Of a stretch of DNA of 64,000 nt, positions 46,653 through 55,420 are shown piece by piece. Origin of the DNA: Clostridia bacterium. Its GTDB lineage: Bacteria; Bacillota; Clostridia; UBA1381. Numbering within the stretch: position 1 is the first letter of the stretch; each line of letters begins with the position of its first letter. A model generated the notes under the pieces. It worked only from the letters and a program-made list of their open reading frames with translations, was not told the DNA's origin and made no database searches. The stretch lies in the NCBI GenBank assembly GCA_045538755.1, contig JAZQEC010000002.1, forward strand, positions 117,740 to 181,739, in the 5' to 3' direction. The position numbers and the translations under genes are program-made.

Positions 46653-46682
46653 AAAAAATCAGCTTTTTAAAGCTGATTTTTT
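46653..46682. terminator. Hairpin terminator (Asp23 side)
   Basis: aaaaaatcagctt / aagctgatttttt. Confidence 0.6.
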
Positions 46683-46687
46683 GATGG

Positions 46688-46719
46688 AAAATGCAAAGCG
46701 ATTGTTCGCTTTGCATTTT
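46688..46719. terminator. Hairpin terminator (clpC side)
   Basis: aaaatgcaaagcg / cgctttgcatttt. Confidence 0.6.
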
Positions 46720-46720
46720 G

Positions 46721-49162
46721 TTAAATCGTAATGAATTCGCCGTCCTTTGCGTCGACAGTTACATTTTTAGAAAGAGAACCGTCAATGATTTTTTCTGACA
46801 GCATATCTTCAATTTTTGATTGTATAGCACGCCTTAAAGGTCTTGCGCCGTAAACTGGGTCAAAGCCTGCACGTGCAATTTCAGCTACTGCTTCTTCGGT
46901 AAATTCTGCAGTAATATCATTTGCTAAAAGACGTTCTTTAAGACCTTTTAGCATAATCTTTGCAATCGCTTTTATGTCGTCTTCTTTCAATCTGTCAAAT
47001 ACAATTATCTCGTCAATTCTGTTTAAAAACTCGGGTTTAAATGCATCCTTGACTTTTCCCATAACCTTTTCCTTGATAGCCGCCGAATCATTTTGGCTGT
47101 CTTTGCTATCCTGTGTGCCAAAGCCCATTTTTGAACCGCCTGTATTAAGAATATCCTTTGCGCCGAGATTTGAAGTCATTATTATAACAGTATTCCTAAA
47201 GTCAACACGTCTGCCTTGGGCATCAGTTAGTATTCCGTCATCTAAAATCTGAAGCATAATATTAAAAATATCCGGATGCGCCTTTTCGATTTCATCAAAG
47301 AGAATTACCGAGTATGGCTGTCTCCTGATTTTTTCGGTTAGCTGGCCGCCTTCGTCATAACCAACATATCCCGGAGGTGAGCCTACAAATTTTGAAACTG
47401 AATGCTTTTCCATATATTCCGACATATCAACTCTTATTATAGCGTCTTCGGAGCCGAATATTGCATCTGCAAGCGCTTTTGAAAGCTCGGTTTTGCCGAC
47501 GCCTGTCGGTCCTAAGAACAGGAAGGAGCCTGTTGGTCTTTTAGGATCTTTAAGGCCTGCTCTGCCACGACGGATTGCGCGTGATACTGCATTTACGGCT
47601 TCATTCTGACCTATAACTCTCTTATGAAGAAGTTGTTCAAGGTTTTTGAGTTTTTCGCTTTCTTCTTCGGCAACCTTTTGAGCAGGTATGTGAGTCCATT
47701 CGGCAATTATGTCTGCAATATCGCTGTCTGTGATAACAAGGTCATTGGACTTACTCTGGTCTTTCCATTTGGTCTTGCCCTTTTCAAGCTCTGCCTCAAT
47801 GGCTTTTTCTCGGTCACGAAGCTCTGCCGCTTTTTCAAAATTCTGGGAAATTATAGCCTCTTGTTTTTCTTTTTTGATTTCTTCTGCCTCTTTTTCCAAT
47901 GTTTTTACATTGTCGGGAGCTGTCAGGGCGCTGAGTCTCTTTTTACTTGCCGCTTCGTCCATTAAATCAATCGCTTTGTCTGGCAGAAATCTGTCGGTTA
48001 TATATCGCTCTGAAAGCTTTGCGGCGGCAATAAGAGCTGTATCGTCAATTTTTACGCTGTGGTGTGCTTCATACTTATCACGAAGACCTTTTAGTATTTC
48101 TATTGTCTCACTAACTGTTGGCTCGCCTACTGTTACAGGCTGGAAACGTCGCTCTAGGGCCGCATCTTTTTCAATATACTTTCTGTATTCATTGAGTGTT
48201 GTTGCACCAATTAATTGAAGTTCGCCTCTGGCTAAGGATGGTTTTAAAATGTTTGATGCGTCTATCGCACCTTCTGCCGAGCCTGCTCCTACAATCGTGT
48301 GGATTTCGTCAATAAAAAGTATTACATTGCCTGCGGCTTTTACTTCCTCAATAGCTTTTTTTAACCTGTCTTCAAATTCGCCTCGGTATTTTGCACCGGC
48401 AACCATTGACGATAAATCCATTGTGACAAGCCTTTTGTTTTTCAATAGCTCCGGAACGTCGCCTTCTGCAATTTTTTGTGCAAGACCTTCTGCGACGGCA
48501 GTTTTGCCGACTCCCGGCTCTCCGATGAGACATGGGTTGTTTTTTGTACGTCTTGAAAGTATCTGGGTAACTCTTGCAATTTCCTCATCTCTGCCAATTA
48601 CAGGATCGAATTTCTTTTCCTCGGCAAGTTTTGTGAGGTCTCTGCCAAACTGGTCGAGAGTTGGAGTTTTTGTGTTTGAATTTGATGTACGACCACGTCT
48701 TTGCGGCTGTTTATTCTCTGAATAGCTTTGTTCGGTCGATGAAATAATATCAGTGTAGATTGCGTTAAAATCAATCCCGCTTGATGAAAGTACATTTGCG
48801 CCTATTCCGTCTCCGTCTTTTATAATCCCTATTAAAATGTGCTCGGTACCAATGTAGTGGTGCCCCATATTTCGCGCTTCCATGGCGGCAATTTCGAGAA
48901 TTCTTTTGCTTCTTGGAGTAAGTGCAAGCTCAACATTTTTATTAAGCGGCGCATTTGTTCCCATAAGCTCCTTTATTCGCTCAATAAGAACATCTTTTTT
49001 TGCGCCGGCATTTTCAAGAATTTTTGCACCAACACCGCTTCCTTCCATTATTATTCCCAAAAGAAGATGCTCGCTGCCTATATATCCATGACCGAGATCA
49101 CATGCTGCGTCATGGGCTTTGTTTATAGCAACCCTTGCTTTTTCTGTAAAATTTGAAAACAT
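46721..49162 (-). CDS. clpC: ATP-dependent Clp protease ATP-binding subunit ClpC
   Basis: Duplicated Clp_N repeats, two AAA+ modules (GEPGVGKT and GPTGVGKT), UVR-like linker. AAGGAGG RBS before the ATG at 49162. Confidence 0.9.
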   Translation of the reverse strand: MFSNFTEKARVAINKAHDAACDLGHGYIGSEHLLLGIIMEGSGVGAKILENAGAKKDVLIERIKELMGTNAPLNKNVELALTPRSKRILEIAAMEARNMGHHYIGTEHILIGIIKDGDGIGANVLSSSGIDFNAIYTDIISSTEQSYSENKQPQRRGRTSNSNTKTPTLDQFGRDLTKLAEEKKFDPVIGRDEEIARVTQILSRRTKNNPCLIGEPGVGKTAVAEGLAQKIAEGDVPELLKNKRLVTMDLSSMVAGAKYRGEFEDRLKKAIEEVKAAGNVILFIDEIHTIVGAGSAEGAIDASNILKPSLARGELQLIGATTLNEYRKYIEKDAALERRFQPVTVGEPTVSETIEILKGLRDKYEAHHSVKIDDTALIAAAKLSERYITDRFLPDKAIDLMDEAASKKRLSALTAPDNVKTLEKEAEEIKKEKQEAIISQNFEKAAELRDREKAIEAELEKGKTKWKDQSKSNDLVITDSDIADIIAEWTHIPAQKVAEEESEKLKNLEQLLHKRVIGQNEAVNAVSRAIRRGRAGLKDPKRPTGSFLFLGPTGVGKTELSKALADAIFGSEDAIIRVDMSEYMEKHSVSKFVGSPPGYVGYDEGGQLTEKIRRQPYSVILFDEIEKAHPDIFNIMLQILDDGILTDAQGRRVDFRNTVIIMTSNLGAKDILNTGGSKMGFGTQDSKDSQNDSAAIKEKVMGKVKDAFKPEFLNRIDEIIVFDRLKEDDIKAIAKIMLKGLKERLLANDITAEFTEEAVAEIARAGFDPVYGARPLRRAIQSKIEDMLSEKIIDGSLSKNVTVDAKDGEFITI

Positions 49163-49185
49163 AATTACTGCCTCCTTTAAGATCA

Positions 49186-50187
49186 CTATATATTTTCACG
49201 TAAATGCTGTGCTCTTTTTTTGTCTCGCGCCTCAGGCGTGAGATTTTCGTCTGCTGAAATAAGTGCAGGTTCGGTTTCTACCATAAGCTGCATTGACGGC
49301 GATTTTTCCTTAATATCTATTATACCCAGGTTTTTCCCTAAAATTACATCTGATAAGAGAGCTTTTGCTTCGGATGAAGAAACAGAACGTGCAAATTTGA
49401 GCGTTCCGTAAGATCTCCAGAGTTTATCAGCTAAAGTATCGCTTGATTTAATCTTTTCTCTTGCTTCTTTTTCGTGATTTTCGATTTGACCTGCGATATT
49501 TTCCAATTTTCCAATAATTTCATCTTCGCTTATTCCGAGTGTAACCTGATTTGAAATCTGATAAAGGTTACCGTAAGCCTTTGACCCTTCGCCATAAAGT
49601 CCGCGAACTGTAAGCCCTAAAGCTGATGCGGAAGAAATGATTTTGTTTATGTTGTTGGTAAGGGTGAGTGCCGGAAGATGCATCATAACCGATGCACGCA
49701 TCCCTGTTCCTGTATTTGTCGGGCAGGCTGTTAGGAAACCAAATTCTTCGGAAAATGCGTAATTTATGCTTTCTTCAATCACATCGTCTACCTTGTTAGC
49801 AAGTTCCCAAGCTTCTTTTAGCTTAAAGCCACCAAAAATTATCTGAAGTCGTAGATGGTCTTCTTCCATAAGCATTATACTCATTGTTTCGTCTGAGTTT
49901 ACAAGAACAGAACCATAATCAGTTTTTGCCATTTCAAAGCTAATTAAATGCTTTTCGGCAAGTCTGCTTTTTTCGCCTTGCGATAAATCCTTCATTTGAA
50001 GAAATGTGAAATCTTTAGAAAGAGTGGAGTTTGAATTTAAAATAGCATTTTTTAGTTCCTCGGTTACTTTTTCCTTTCCTTCTGCATTTAGCATTATAGG
50101 AAATGGATATTTGTCAAGATTTCGTGCAAGACGAATACGTGTGCTGACCATTATATCATTATCATTTTTCGCTTTATACCAAATCAT
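49186..50187 (-). CDS. mcsB: Protein arginine kinase McsB
   Basis: ATP:guanido phosphotransferase motifs (RIRLARN, CPTNTGTGMRAS); lies between mcsA and clpC. Confidence 0.9.
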   Translation of the reverse strand: MIWYKAKNDNDIMVSTRIRLARNLDKYPFPIMLNAEGKEKVTEELKNAILNSNSTLSKDFTFLQMKDLSQGEKSRLAEKHLISFEMAKTDYGSVLVNSDETMSIMLMEEDHLRLQIIFGGFKLKEAWELANKVDDVIEESINYAFSEEFGFLTACPTNTGTGMRASVMMHLPALTLTNNINKIISSASALGLTVRGLYGEGSKAYGNLYQISNQVTLGISEDEIIGKLENIAGQIENHEKEAREKIKSSDTLADKLWRSYGTLKFARSVSSSEAKALLSDVILGKNLGIIDIKEKSPSMQLMVETEPALISADENLTPEARDKKRAQHLRENI

Positions 50188-50190
50188 CGC

Positions 50191-50538
50191 TTATCCCTCC
50201 AGTTCTTTTATACTCTTGTGAAGTTTTGCCGCAAGTTCATAGTTTTCTTCTGAAACTGCCTTTGAAAGCTGCGTTTTAAGGTCTGCGAGTTTACGCTTTT
50301 TTGAAAGTGCGGCTGACTGTTTGGACGGGATTTTGCCTGTATGAGTGCTGCTTTTTTGCATTTGCACTAGTGTTGTGCGTACAGGTGTGGAAAATGCAGT
50401 ATAGCACTGGCTACAGCCTAGTCTGCCTGTTTTTTGAAAATCGTAATAGCTTCTGCCGCAGTTGGGGCAGCGTCTGTCGTCGCGGTAAACCGGAAAAACG
50501 TCGAAGCTGTCAAAAAAATCTGAAAATAAATCGTACAT
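50191..50538 (-). CDS. mcsA: McsA (protein arginine kinase activator; zinc-finger/UVR protein)
   Basis: CPNCG...CSQC Cys pairs and a C-terminal UVR-like ENYELAAKL motif. Start taken at the ATG for MYDLFS. Confidence 0.8.
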   Translation of the reverse strand: MYDLFSDFFDSFDVFPVYRDDRRCPNCGRSYYDFQKTGRLGCSQCYTAFSTPVRTTLVQMQKSSTHTGKIPSKQSAALSKKRKLADLKTQLSKAVSEENYELAAKLHKSIKELEG

Positions 50539-50555
50539 AGTAAATTCCTTCTTTC

Positions 50556-50990
50556 TTAAAGTTGGCATAATGCATTTTTTAATATGTTTGCACGCAGTAT
50601 ATCGCGCTGCGGATTGGGAAGAATTATTGAATTGTCTGATATGGCGGCAAGCAATATCTTAGCTGACTGCTTGGAAAGCTCACCGTTTTCATAAAGGTGG
50701 GTAATGGCAGACTTTGCAGTAGGCATATCACAGCTTTTGCCGATTGCGGAAATGATGTCGCCTGCTGTTCCCAGGCTGACCCTTCTTATTTTAATATATC
50801 CGCCTCCGCCACGTCTTGATTCAACCAAATATCCTTTTTCAGGCCTAAAACGTGTAGAAATTACATAATTTATCTGCGACGGCACACAGCCGAAGATGTC
50901 TGCAAGCTCATTTCGTCCAAATTCCGCATAATCTGCCTCATCCTTCATAAGCTCTATTATAAAGGCTTCTATTTTATCGCTAATTCCCAC
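50556..50990 (-). CDS. ctsR: Class III stress gene repressor CtsR
   Basis: ISDKIEAFI...RGGGGYIKI signature; GTG start with GGAG RBS; heads the ctsR-mcsA-mcsB-clpC operon. Confidence 0.9.
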   Translation of the reverse strand: MGISDKIEAFIIELMKDEADYAEFGRNELADIFGCVPSQINYVISTRFRPEKGYLVESRRGGGGYIKIRRVSLGTAGDIISAIGKSCDMPTAKSAITHLYENGELSKQSAKILLAAISDNSIILPNPQRDILRANILKNALCQL

Positions 50991-51013
50991 TTTATCATCT
51001 CCTCATATCTGAC

Positions 51014-51030
51014 TTTGACTTTCTTTGACC
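51014..51030 (-). promoter_or_regulatory. CtsR operator (heptad direct repeat)
   Basis: Minus strand reads GGTCAAAGAAAGTCAAA, matching the A/GGTCAAA-NAN-A/GGTCAAA consensus, just downstream of the promoter. Confidence 0.85.
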
Positions 51031-51042
51031 TTTGTTGATTTT

Positions 51043-51070
51043 ATTATATCACTTATTTTGCTTTTGTCAA
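51043..51070 (-). promoter_or_regulatory. Sigma-A promoter of the ctsR operon
   Basis: Minus strand TTGACA, a 16-nt spacer, then TATAAT. Confidence 0.65.
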
Positions 51071-51113
51071 TGAAAAAATATGGTATATTTTATGAACATT
51101 TTGTGAACAGCTA

Positions 51114-52508
51114 TTGTCAATATCAGAAAAATGGAGTATAATTTTTATATCGAAAGGACTGATAGTTATAATTCCGGTAGAAAAAAATCACGAATATACA
51201 GTTAAAATAGAAGCGCTTTCGTCTGAAGGAAGTGGAATTGCGAGGGTAAAAGGCTACACTCTTTTTGTGCCGCAGACGGTAACGGGCGATGCTGTTAAGG
51301 TGCTTGTTTTAAAAACAAAATCTTCGTACGGTTATGCAAAAGTGTTGGAAGTTATTGAGCCGTCAACCGAAAGGGTAGTGCCGCCTTGCGAGCATTTTGC
51401 AAAATGCGGCGGATGTCAGCTTATGGCGCTTAATTATGATGCGCAGCTTGAGTTTAAAAGGCAGACGGTAAAAGATGCGCTTTTGCGTATAGGCGGCATT
51501 GATGCTCAAGTTGATATAATAGGTATGGATAAGCCTGAAAGATATAGAAATAAAATGGTATTTCCGATTGATAAAAACGGCGATTGGGGATTTTATCGTG
51601 AGCGAAGCCATGATGTTATTGCTCTTTCTGACTGTCTTTTAGGTAGCAAAATTAATAAAGAAATAATGAATACGATTTCTGGGTTTATTAAAAAATACAA
51701 TATTTCGGTGTATGATGAAATTTCGCATAAAGGAATTATGCGGCGTGTATTTATAAGGAACTCTAAAAACGAAATTATGGTTGTTGTTTCAGCGAATGCA
51801 GATAAAATTCCACACGAGGCAGAGCTTATCGAAGCTTTGACGACGCTTTCTAAAGAAATTACAGGCATAATTTTGAATGTAAATAAAAAACGCACCAACC
51901 TTGTGCTTGGTGATAGAAACATAACTCTTTGGGGAAAGGATACATTGTCTAACACCCTTTGCGGACTTTCGTATGAGATTTCGCCACACAGTTTTTTTCA
52001 GGTCAACTCTGTCCAGACTGAAAAGCTGTATGATACAGCTATTAATTTTGCCGACATTTCATCCTGTGATACTGTTATGGATATATACTGCGGAATAGGT
52101 ACGATTTCGCTTACGGCGGCAAAAAAAGCAAAGGCGGTTATAGGTGTTGAGATTGTACCGCAGGCAATTTGGAATGCAAAAGAAAATGCAAAAAGAAACT
52201 GTATTGATAATGTGGAATTTTACTGTTCGGCTGCAGAGGATATTGTGCCGGAGCTTATTAAAAGCGGAAATTTGCCTGATGTTGTAATTCTTGATCCGCC
52301 AAGAAAAGGAAGCGATGAAAAAACACTTTCTGCAATCGTGTCGGCAAAACCGGAGAGGGTTGTGTATGTATCCTGCAATCCGGCAACTCTTGCACGAGAT
52401 GCGAAATTTTTGACGGAGAATGGATACAACCTGCAAAAGGCAGCGGCTGTTGATATGTTCCCACATACAACGCACATTGAAACTGTTGTTCTTTTGTCCC
52501 AAAAATAA
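51114..52508 (+). CDS. rlmD: 23S rRNA (uracil-5-)-methyltransferase RlmD/RumA family (start uncertain)
   Basis: N-terminal TRAM-like domain, Fe-S Cys cluster (CEHFAKCGGCQ), DPPRKG and SCNPATLARD motifs. The TTG at 51114 coincides with a TTGTCA-17-TATAAT promoter, so the true start is probably a non-canonical codon near 51160-51175. Confidence 0.8.
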   Translation: MSISEKWSIIFISKGLIVIIPVEKNHEYTVKIEALSSEGSGIARVKGYTLFVPQTVTGDAVKVLVLKTKSSYGYAKVLEVIEPSTERVVPPCEHFAKCGGCQLMALNYDAQLEFKRQTVKDALLRIGGIDAQVDIIGMDKPERYRNKMVFPIDKNGDWGFYRERSHDVIALSDCLLGSKINKEIMNTISGFIKKYNISVYDEISHKGIMRRVFIRNSKNEIMVVVSANADKIPHEAELIEALTTLSKEITGIILNVNKKRTNLVLGDRNITLWGKDTLSNTLCGLSYEISPHSFFQVNSVQTEKLYDTAINFADISSCDTVMDIYCGIGTISLTAAKKAKAVIGVEIVPQAIWNAKENAKRNCIDNVEFYCSAAEDIVPELIKSGNLPDVVILDPPRKGSDEKTLSAIVSAKPERVVYVSCNPATLARDAKFLTENGYNLQKAAAVDMFPHTTHIETVVLLSQK

Positions 52509-52527
52509 AAATACGCAAGGAGGATAT

Positions 52528-53232
52528 ATGATTAAGGCAGAAAAGTTAAAAGGTATTTCTTTGTCCGGAAATCAGCTTAAAGTCATTGCTGCGCTGGCTA
52601 TGACTATTGACCACATAGGTGTGCAAATTTTTACAGATATTTCTCTTTTGAGGATAATCGGCAGACTTGCATTCCCGATTTTTGCATATATGATTGCAGA
52701 AGGCTGTTTATACACAAAGAATCGCAAAAAGTATATTCTTACAATGGCACTTTTGGCAATAGGGTGTCAGGTTGTGGGATATATTTTTTCAAAAACTCTG
52801 TATCAGTGCATTTTAGTGACCTTTTCTTTATCAATCCTTTTGATTTATGCATATAGTGGAGCTGTAAAAAAAGGCACTGCAAAAAGCTATGCAGTTTTAC
52901 TGCTTGCACTTTTAGGCACATTTTTTTTGACCGAAGTTCTGCCACAAGTTTTAAAACATACGGATTATGCAGTGGATTATGGGTTTTGGGGTGTAATGCT
53001 TCCGCTGTTTGCGTATATTGGTGCAGATAAAAAACAAAAACTTTTCTATTTTGCAGCAGGCGTGCTTTTGGTTGCGGCAAGTTTTGGCGGGCTTCAGTGG
53101 TTTTCGCTTATTACAATACCGATTCTGGCACTTTATAGCGGAAAAAGAGGTAAGATTAAAATGAAAAAATTTTTCTATATTTACTATCCGGTGCATTTAG
53201 CTGCGATTTATTTAATAAGCTATATTATATAA
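52528..53232 (+). CDS. TraX-family membrane protein
   Basis: LSGNQLKVIAALAMTIDHIG start and a polytopic membrane profile; AAGGAGG RBS. Confidence 0.7.
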   Translation: MIKAEKLKGISLSGNQLKVIAALAMTIDHIGVQIFTDISLLRIIGRLAFPIFAYMIAEGCLYTKNRKKYILTMALLAIGCQVVGYIFSKTLYQCILVTFSLSILLIYAYSGAVKKGTAKSYAVLLLALLGTFFLTEVLPQVLKHTDYAVDYGFWGVMLPLFAYIGADKKQKLFYFAAGVLLVAASFGGLQWFSLITIPILALYSGKRGKIKMKKFFYIYYPVHLAAIYLISYII

Positions 53233-53251
53233 AGTTTTTTTGGAGGAATAT

Positions 53252-53779
53252 ATGAAAACAATAGTAATTTATAAAACAAAGTACGGCTCTACAAAAAATT
53301 ATGCCGAATGGATTGCAGAAGAACTTGGATGCGAGGCTATTGATGCCAAAGCCGTTAGTATTGATATGTTAAAAGATTATGATACCATAGTATATGGAGG
53401 CGGGCTTTACGGCGAGGTGATTAACGGCGTGAGTCTCATCACCAAAAATATTGACAAACTTCGGGGCAAAAAAATAGCTGTTTATACAACAGGAATAACA
53501 CCGCTTTCCTGCCGTGATTATTACGATGCTTATGTCATTAAGAAAAACTTTAAGTCGGGTGTTCCGGAAAATATCAAAATTTTTAACTTTCTTGGGAAAA
53601 TGGTAGTTGATGAGCTTTCTTTGGTACATAAAACGGCAATTAAAACACTGAAAAAGATTATGTCTTCAAAGGAAAATCCGAGTGATATGGAAAAACTTCT
53701 GGTTGAGCTTTGTGATGCTGACGGAGATTTTTCGGACAGAAACGAAATTAAAGAGCTTGTAAGCTATGCAAGAAATTAA
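53252..53779 (+). CDS. Flavodoxin-domain protein
   Basis: MKTIVIYKTKYGSTKNYAEWIA flavodoxin-like start. Confidence 0.65.
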   Translation: MKTIVIYKTKYGSTKNYAEWIAEELGCEAIDAKAVSIDMLKDYDTIVYGGGLYGEVINGVSLITKNIDKLRGKKIAVYTTGITPLSCRDYYDAYVIKKNFKSGVPENIKIFNFLGKMVVDELSLVHKTAIKTLKKIMSSKENPSDMEKLLVELCDADGDFSDRNEIKELVSYARN

Positions 53780-53780
53780 T

Positions 53781-53806
53781 AAAACCCACCTTTTAAGGTG
53801 GGTTTT
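53781..53806. terminator. Bidirectional hairpin terminator
   Basis: aaaacccacc / ggtgggtttt. Confidence 0.65.
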
Positions 53807-53815
53807 AAAGTAAAA

Positions 53816-55246
53816 TTATTCTTTTCCGTCCCAGCAATATGTGCAGAGCTTGCATTTATCAAGTCCGATTGCTTCGATAATGCCGTCTAAAGTCTGGAAT
53901 TCAAGGGAAGCGAAGTTCAGTTTTTCGCAAATTGCTTTTCTGAGGTTTTTGCCACGTTCGGTAGATGAGTTGCTGTATTCATCAAGATGTTTAAGACCTT
54001 CTTCGCCTTCAATTTCCATAATTGTTTTTCTTGTAATAAGCTCCATCGGATCTGTCGCACGTGAGAAGTTTAAATACTTACAGCTATACATAATCGGTGG
54101 ACAAGCAGAGCGCATATGAACTGATTTAGCACCGTTGTCGTAAAGAAAATCGACTGTTTCTTTAAGCTGAGTTCCACGTACAATTGAGTCATCTACGAAC
54201 AAAAGATTCTTGTTTTCAATCAAGTCGTGAACAGGAATTTGCTTCATTTTGGCGATTTTATTTCTGTCGTCCTGGTGAGTAGGTGTGAAGCTTCTTGCCC
54301 AGGTAGGTGTATATTTTATGAACGGACGTGCAAAGGACGCACTGCTTTTGTTTGCATATCCTATTGCGTGCGGAGTCCCTGAATCCGGTACACCGCAAAC
54401 ATAATCAATACCTTCGGCATTTTTTGATTTTTTATCATTTTCTGCCATTATTTCGCCGTTTTTGCAACGCATAACCTCGACATTTATGCCTTCATAGGTT
54501 GAAGTGGGGTAGCCGTAGTATGACCACAAAAACGAACATATACGCATCTCTTTTCCGGGAGGTGAGAGCTGTTTGATTTCATCTGCTGTGATTTCTACAA
54601 TTTCTGCAGGGCCAAGCTCTTTTTCAATTTCATAGCCCAGCTTTTGAGCAGCAAAGGATTCAAATGTAACACAGTAGCCGTCTTCCGATTTTCCAATCAT
54701 AACAGGAATTCTTCCAAGTTTGTCACGGGCCGCAATCAGCTTCCCGTCGCCCTTTAAAATAAGTATTGAGGCAGTTCCTTCAATGGAGTCTTGTGCGAAC
54801 TTAATGCCTTCAGCAAAATCGCTTTTTTGATTTATAAGTGCGGCGATTAAGTCGGTTGAATTTACTGCACCGCCTGTCATTGCATCGAATTGCCCATTTG
54901 ATGCTTCAAGATATTCGTTAATGAGCTTATCTGCGTTATTTATTATTCCGATAGTGCATATTGCGTATGCGCCAAGTTTCGAGCGGATGAGTTTTGGCTG
55001 CGGGTCATAATCGCTTATGCAGCCTATTGCAGAAGTCCCTGTCATTTCATCAAAAACATGGTCAAACTTGGTACGAAACGGAGAGTTCTGAATATTATGA
55101 ATTTCTCTTTGAAGTCCTATTTCTTTGTCATAAGCTGCCATTCCGCCACGTCTTGTTCCTAAATGCGAATGGTAGTCTGTTCCAAAAAATACGTCGGAAA
55201 TCACGTTTCGCTTACTAATTGCGCCAAAAAAGCCTCCCATAGTCAT
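53816..55246 (-). CDS. Amidophosphoribosyltransferase-like protein lacking the N-terminal catalytic Cys
   Basis: PRPP-binding LLFVDDSIVRGTQL and CPPIMYSCKY motifs of PurF. The N-terminus is MTMGGFFGAIS where PurF has CG(V/I)xG. Confidence 0.65.
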   Translation of the reverse strand: MTMGGFFGAISKRNVISDVFFGTDYHSHLGTRRGGMAAYDKEIGLQREIHNIQNSPFRTKFDHVFDEMTGTSAIGCISDYDPQPKLIRSKLGAYAICTIGIINNADKLINEYLEASNGQFDAMTGGAVNSTDLIAALINQKSDFAEGIKFAQDSIEGTASILILKGDGKLIAARDKLGRIPVMIGKSEDGYCVTFESFAAQKLGYEIEKELGPAEIVEITADEIKQLSPPGKEMRICSFLWSYYGYPTSTYEGINVEVMRCKNGEIMAENDKKSKNAEGIDYVCGVPDSGTPHAIGYANKSSASFARPFIKYTPTWARSFTPTHQDDRNKIAKMKQIPVHDLIENKNLLFVDDSIVRGTQLKETVDFLYDNGAKSVHMRSACPPIMYSCKYLNFSRATDPMELITRKTIMEIEGEEGLKHLDEYSNSSTERGKNLRKAICEKLNFASLEFQTLDGIIEAIGLDKCKLCTYCWDGKE

Positions 55247-55381
55247 TACCTCCGGAGTGTAAAGTATGTTTTTATTTTACCATATTTAAAAAAACAGGTC
55301 AATAAAAAAGCGTACAAATTGTCATTTTGTAGGAAAAAATTCATAGAAAATGAGTGATGTATTGTTTAATCTTGCTTTTAA

Positions 55382-55413
55382 AGCAAAACAGACCGCATCT
55401 ATTTTGCGGTCTG
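55382..55413 (-). terminator. Rho-independent terminator after pyk
   Basis: cagaccgc / gcggtctg stem followed by a T-run on the minus strand. Confidence 0.6.
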
Positions 55414-55420
55414 CGCATTT

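Noticed and set aside
46974-48725. Several 90-170-aa plus-strand ORFs inside the clpC region
   Set aside because: They are antisense to a well-supported 813-aa ClpC gene. Their translations are Ser/Phe/Leu-rich and low in complexity, with no RBS or motif.
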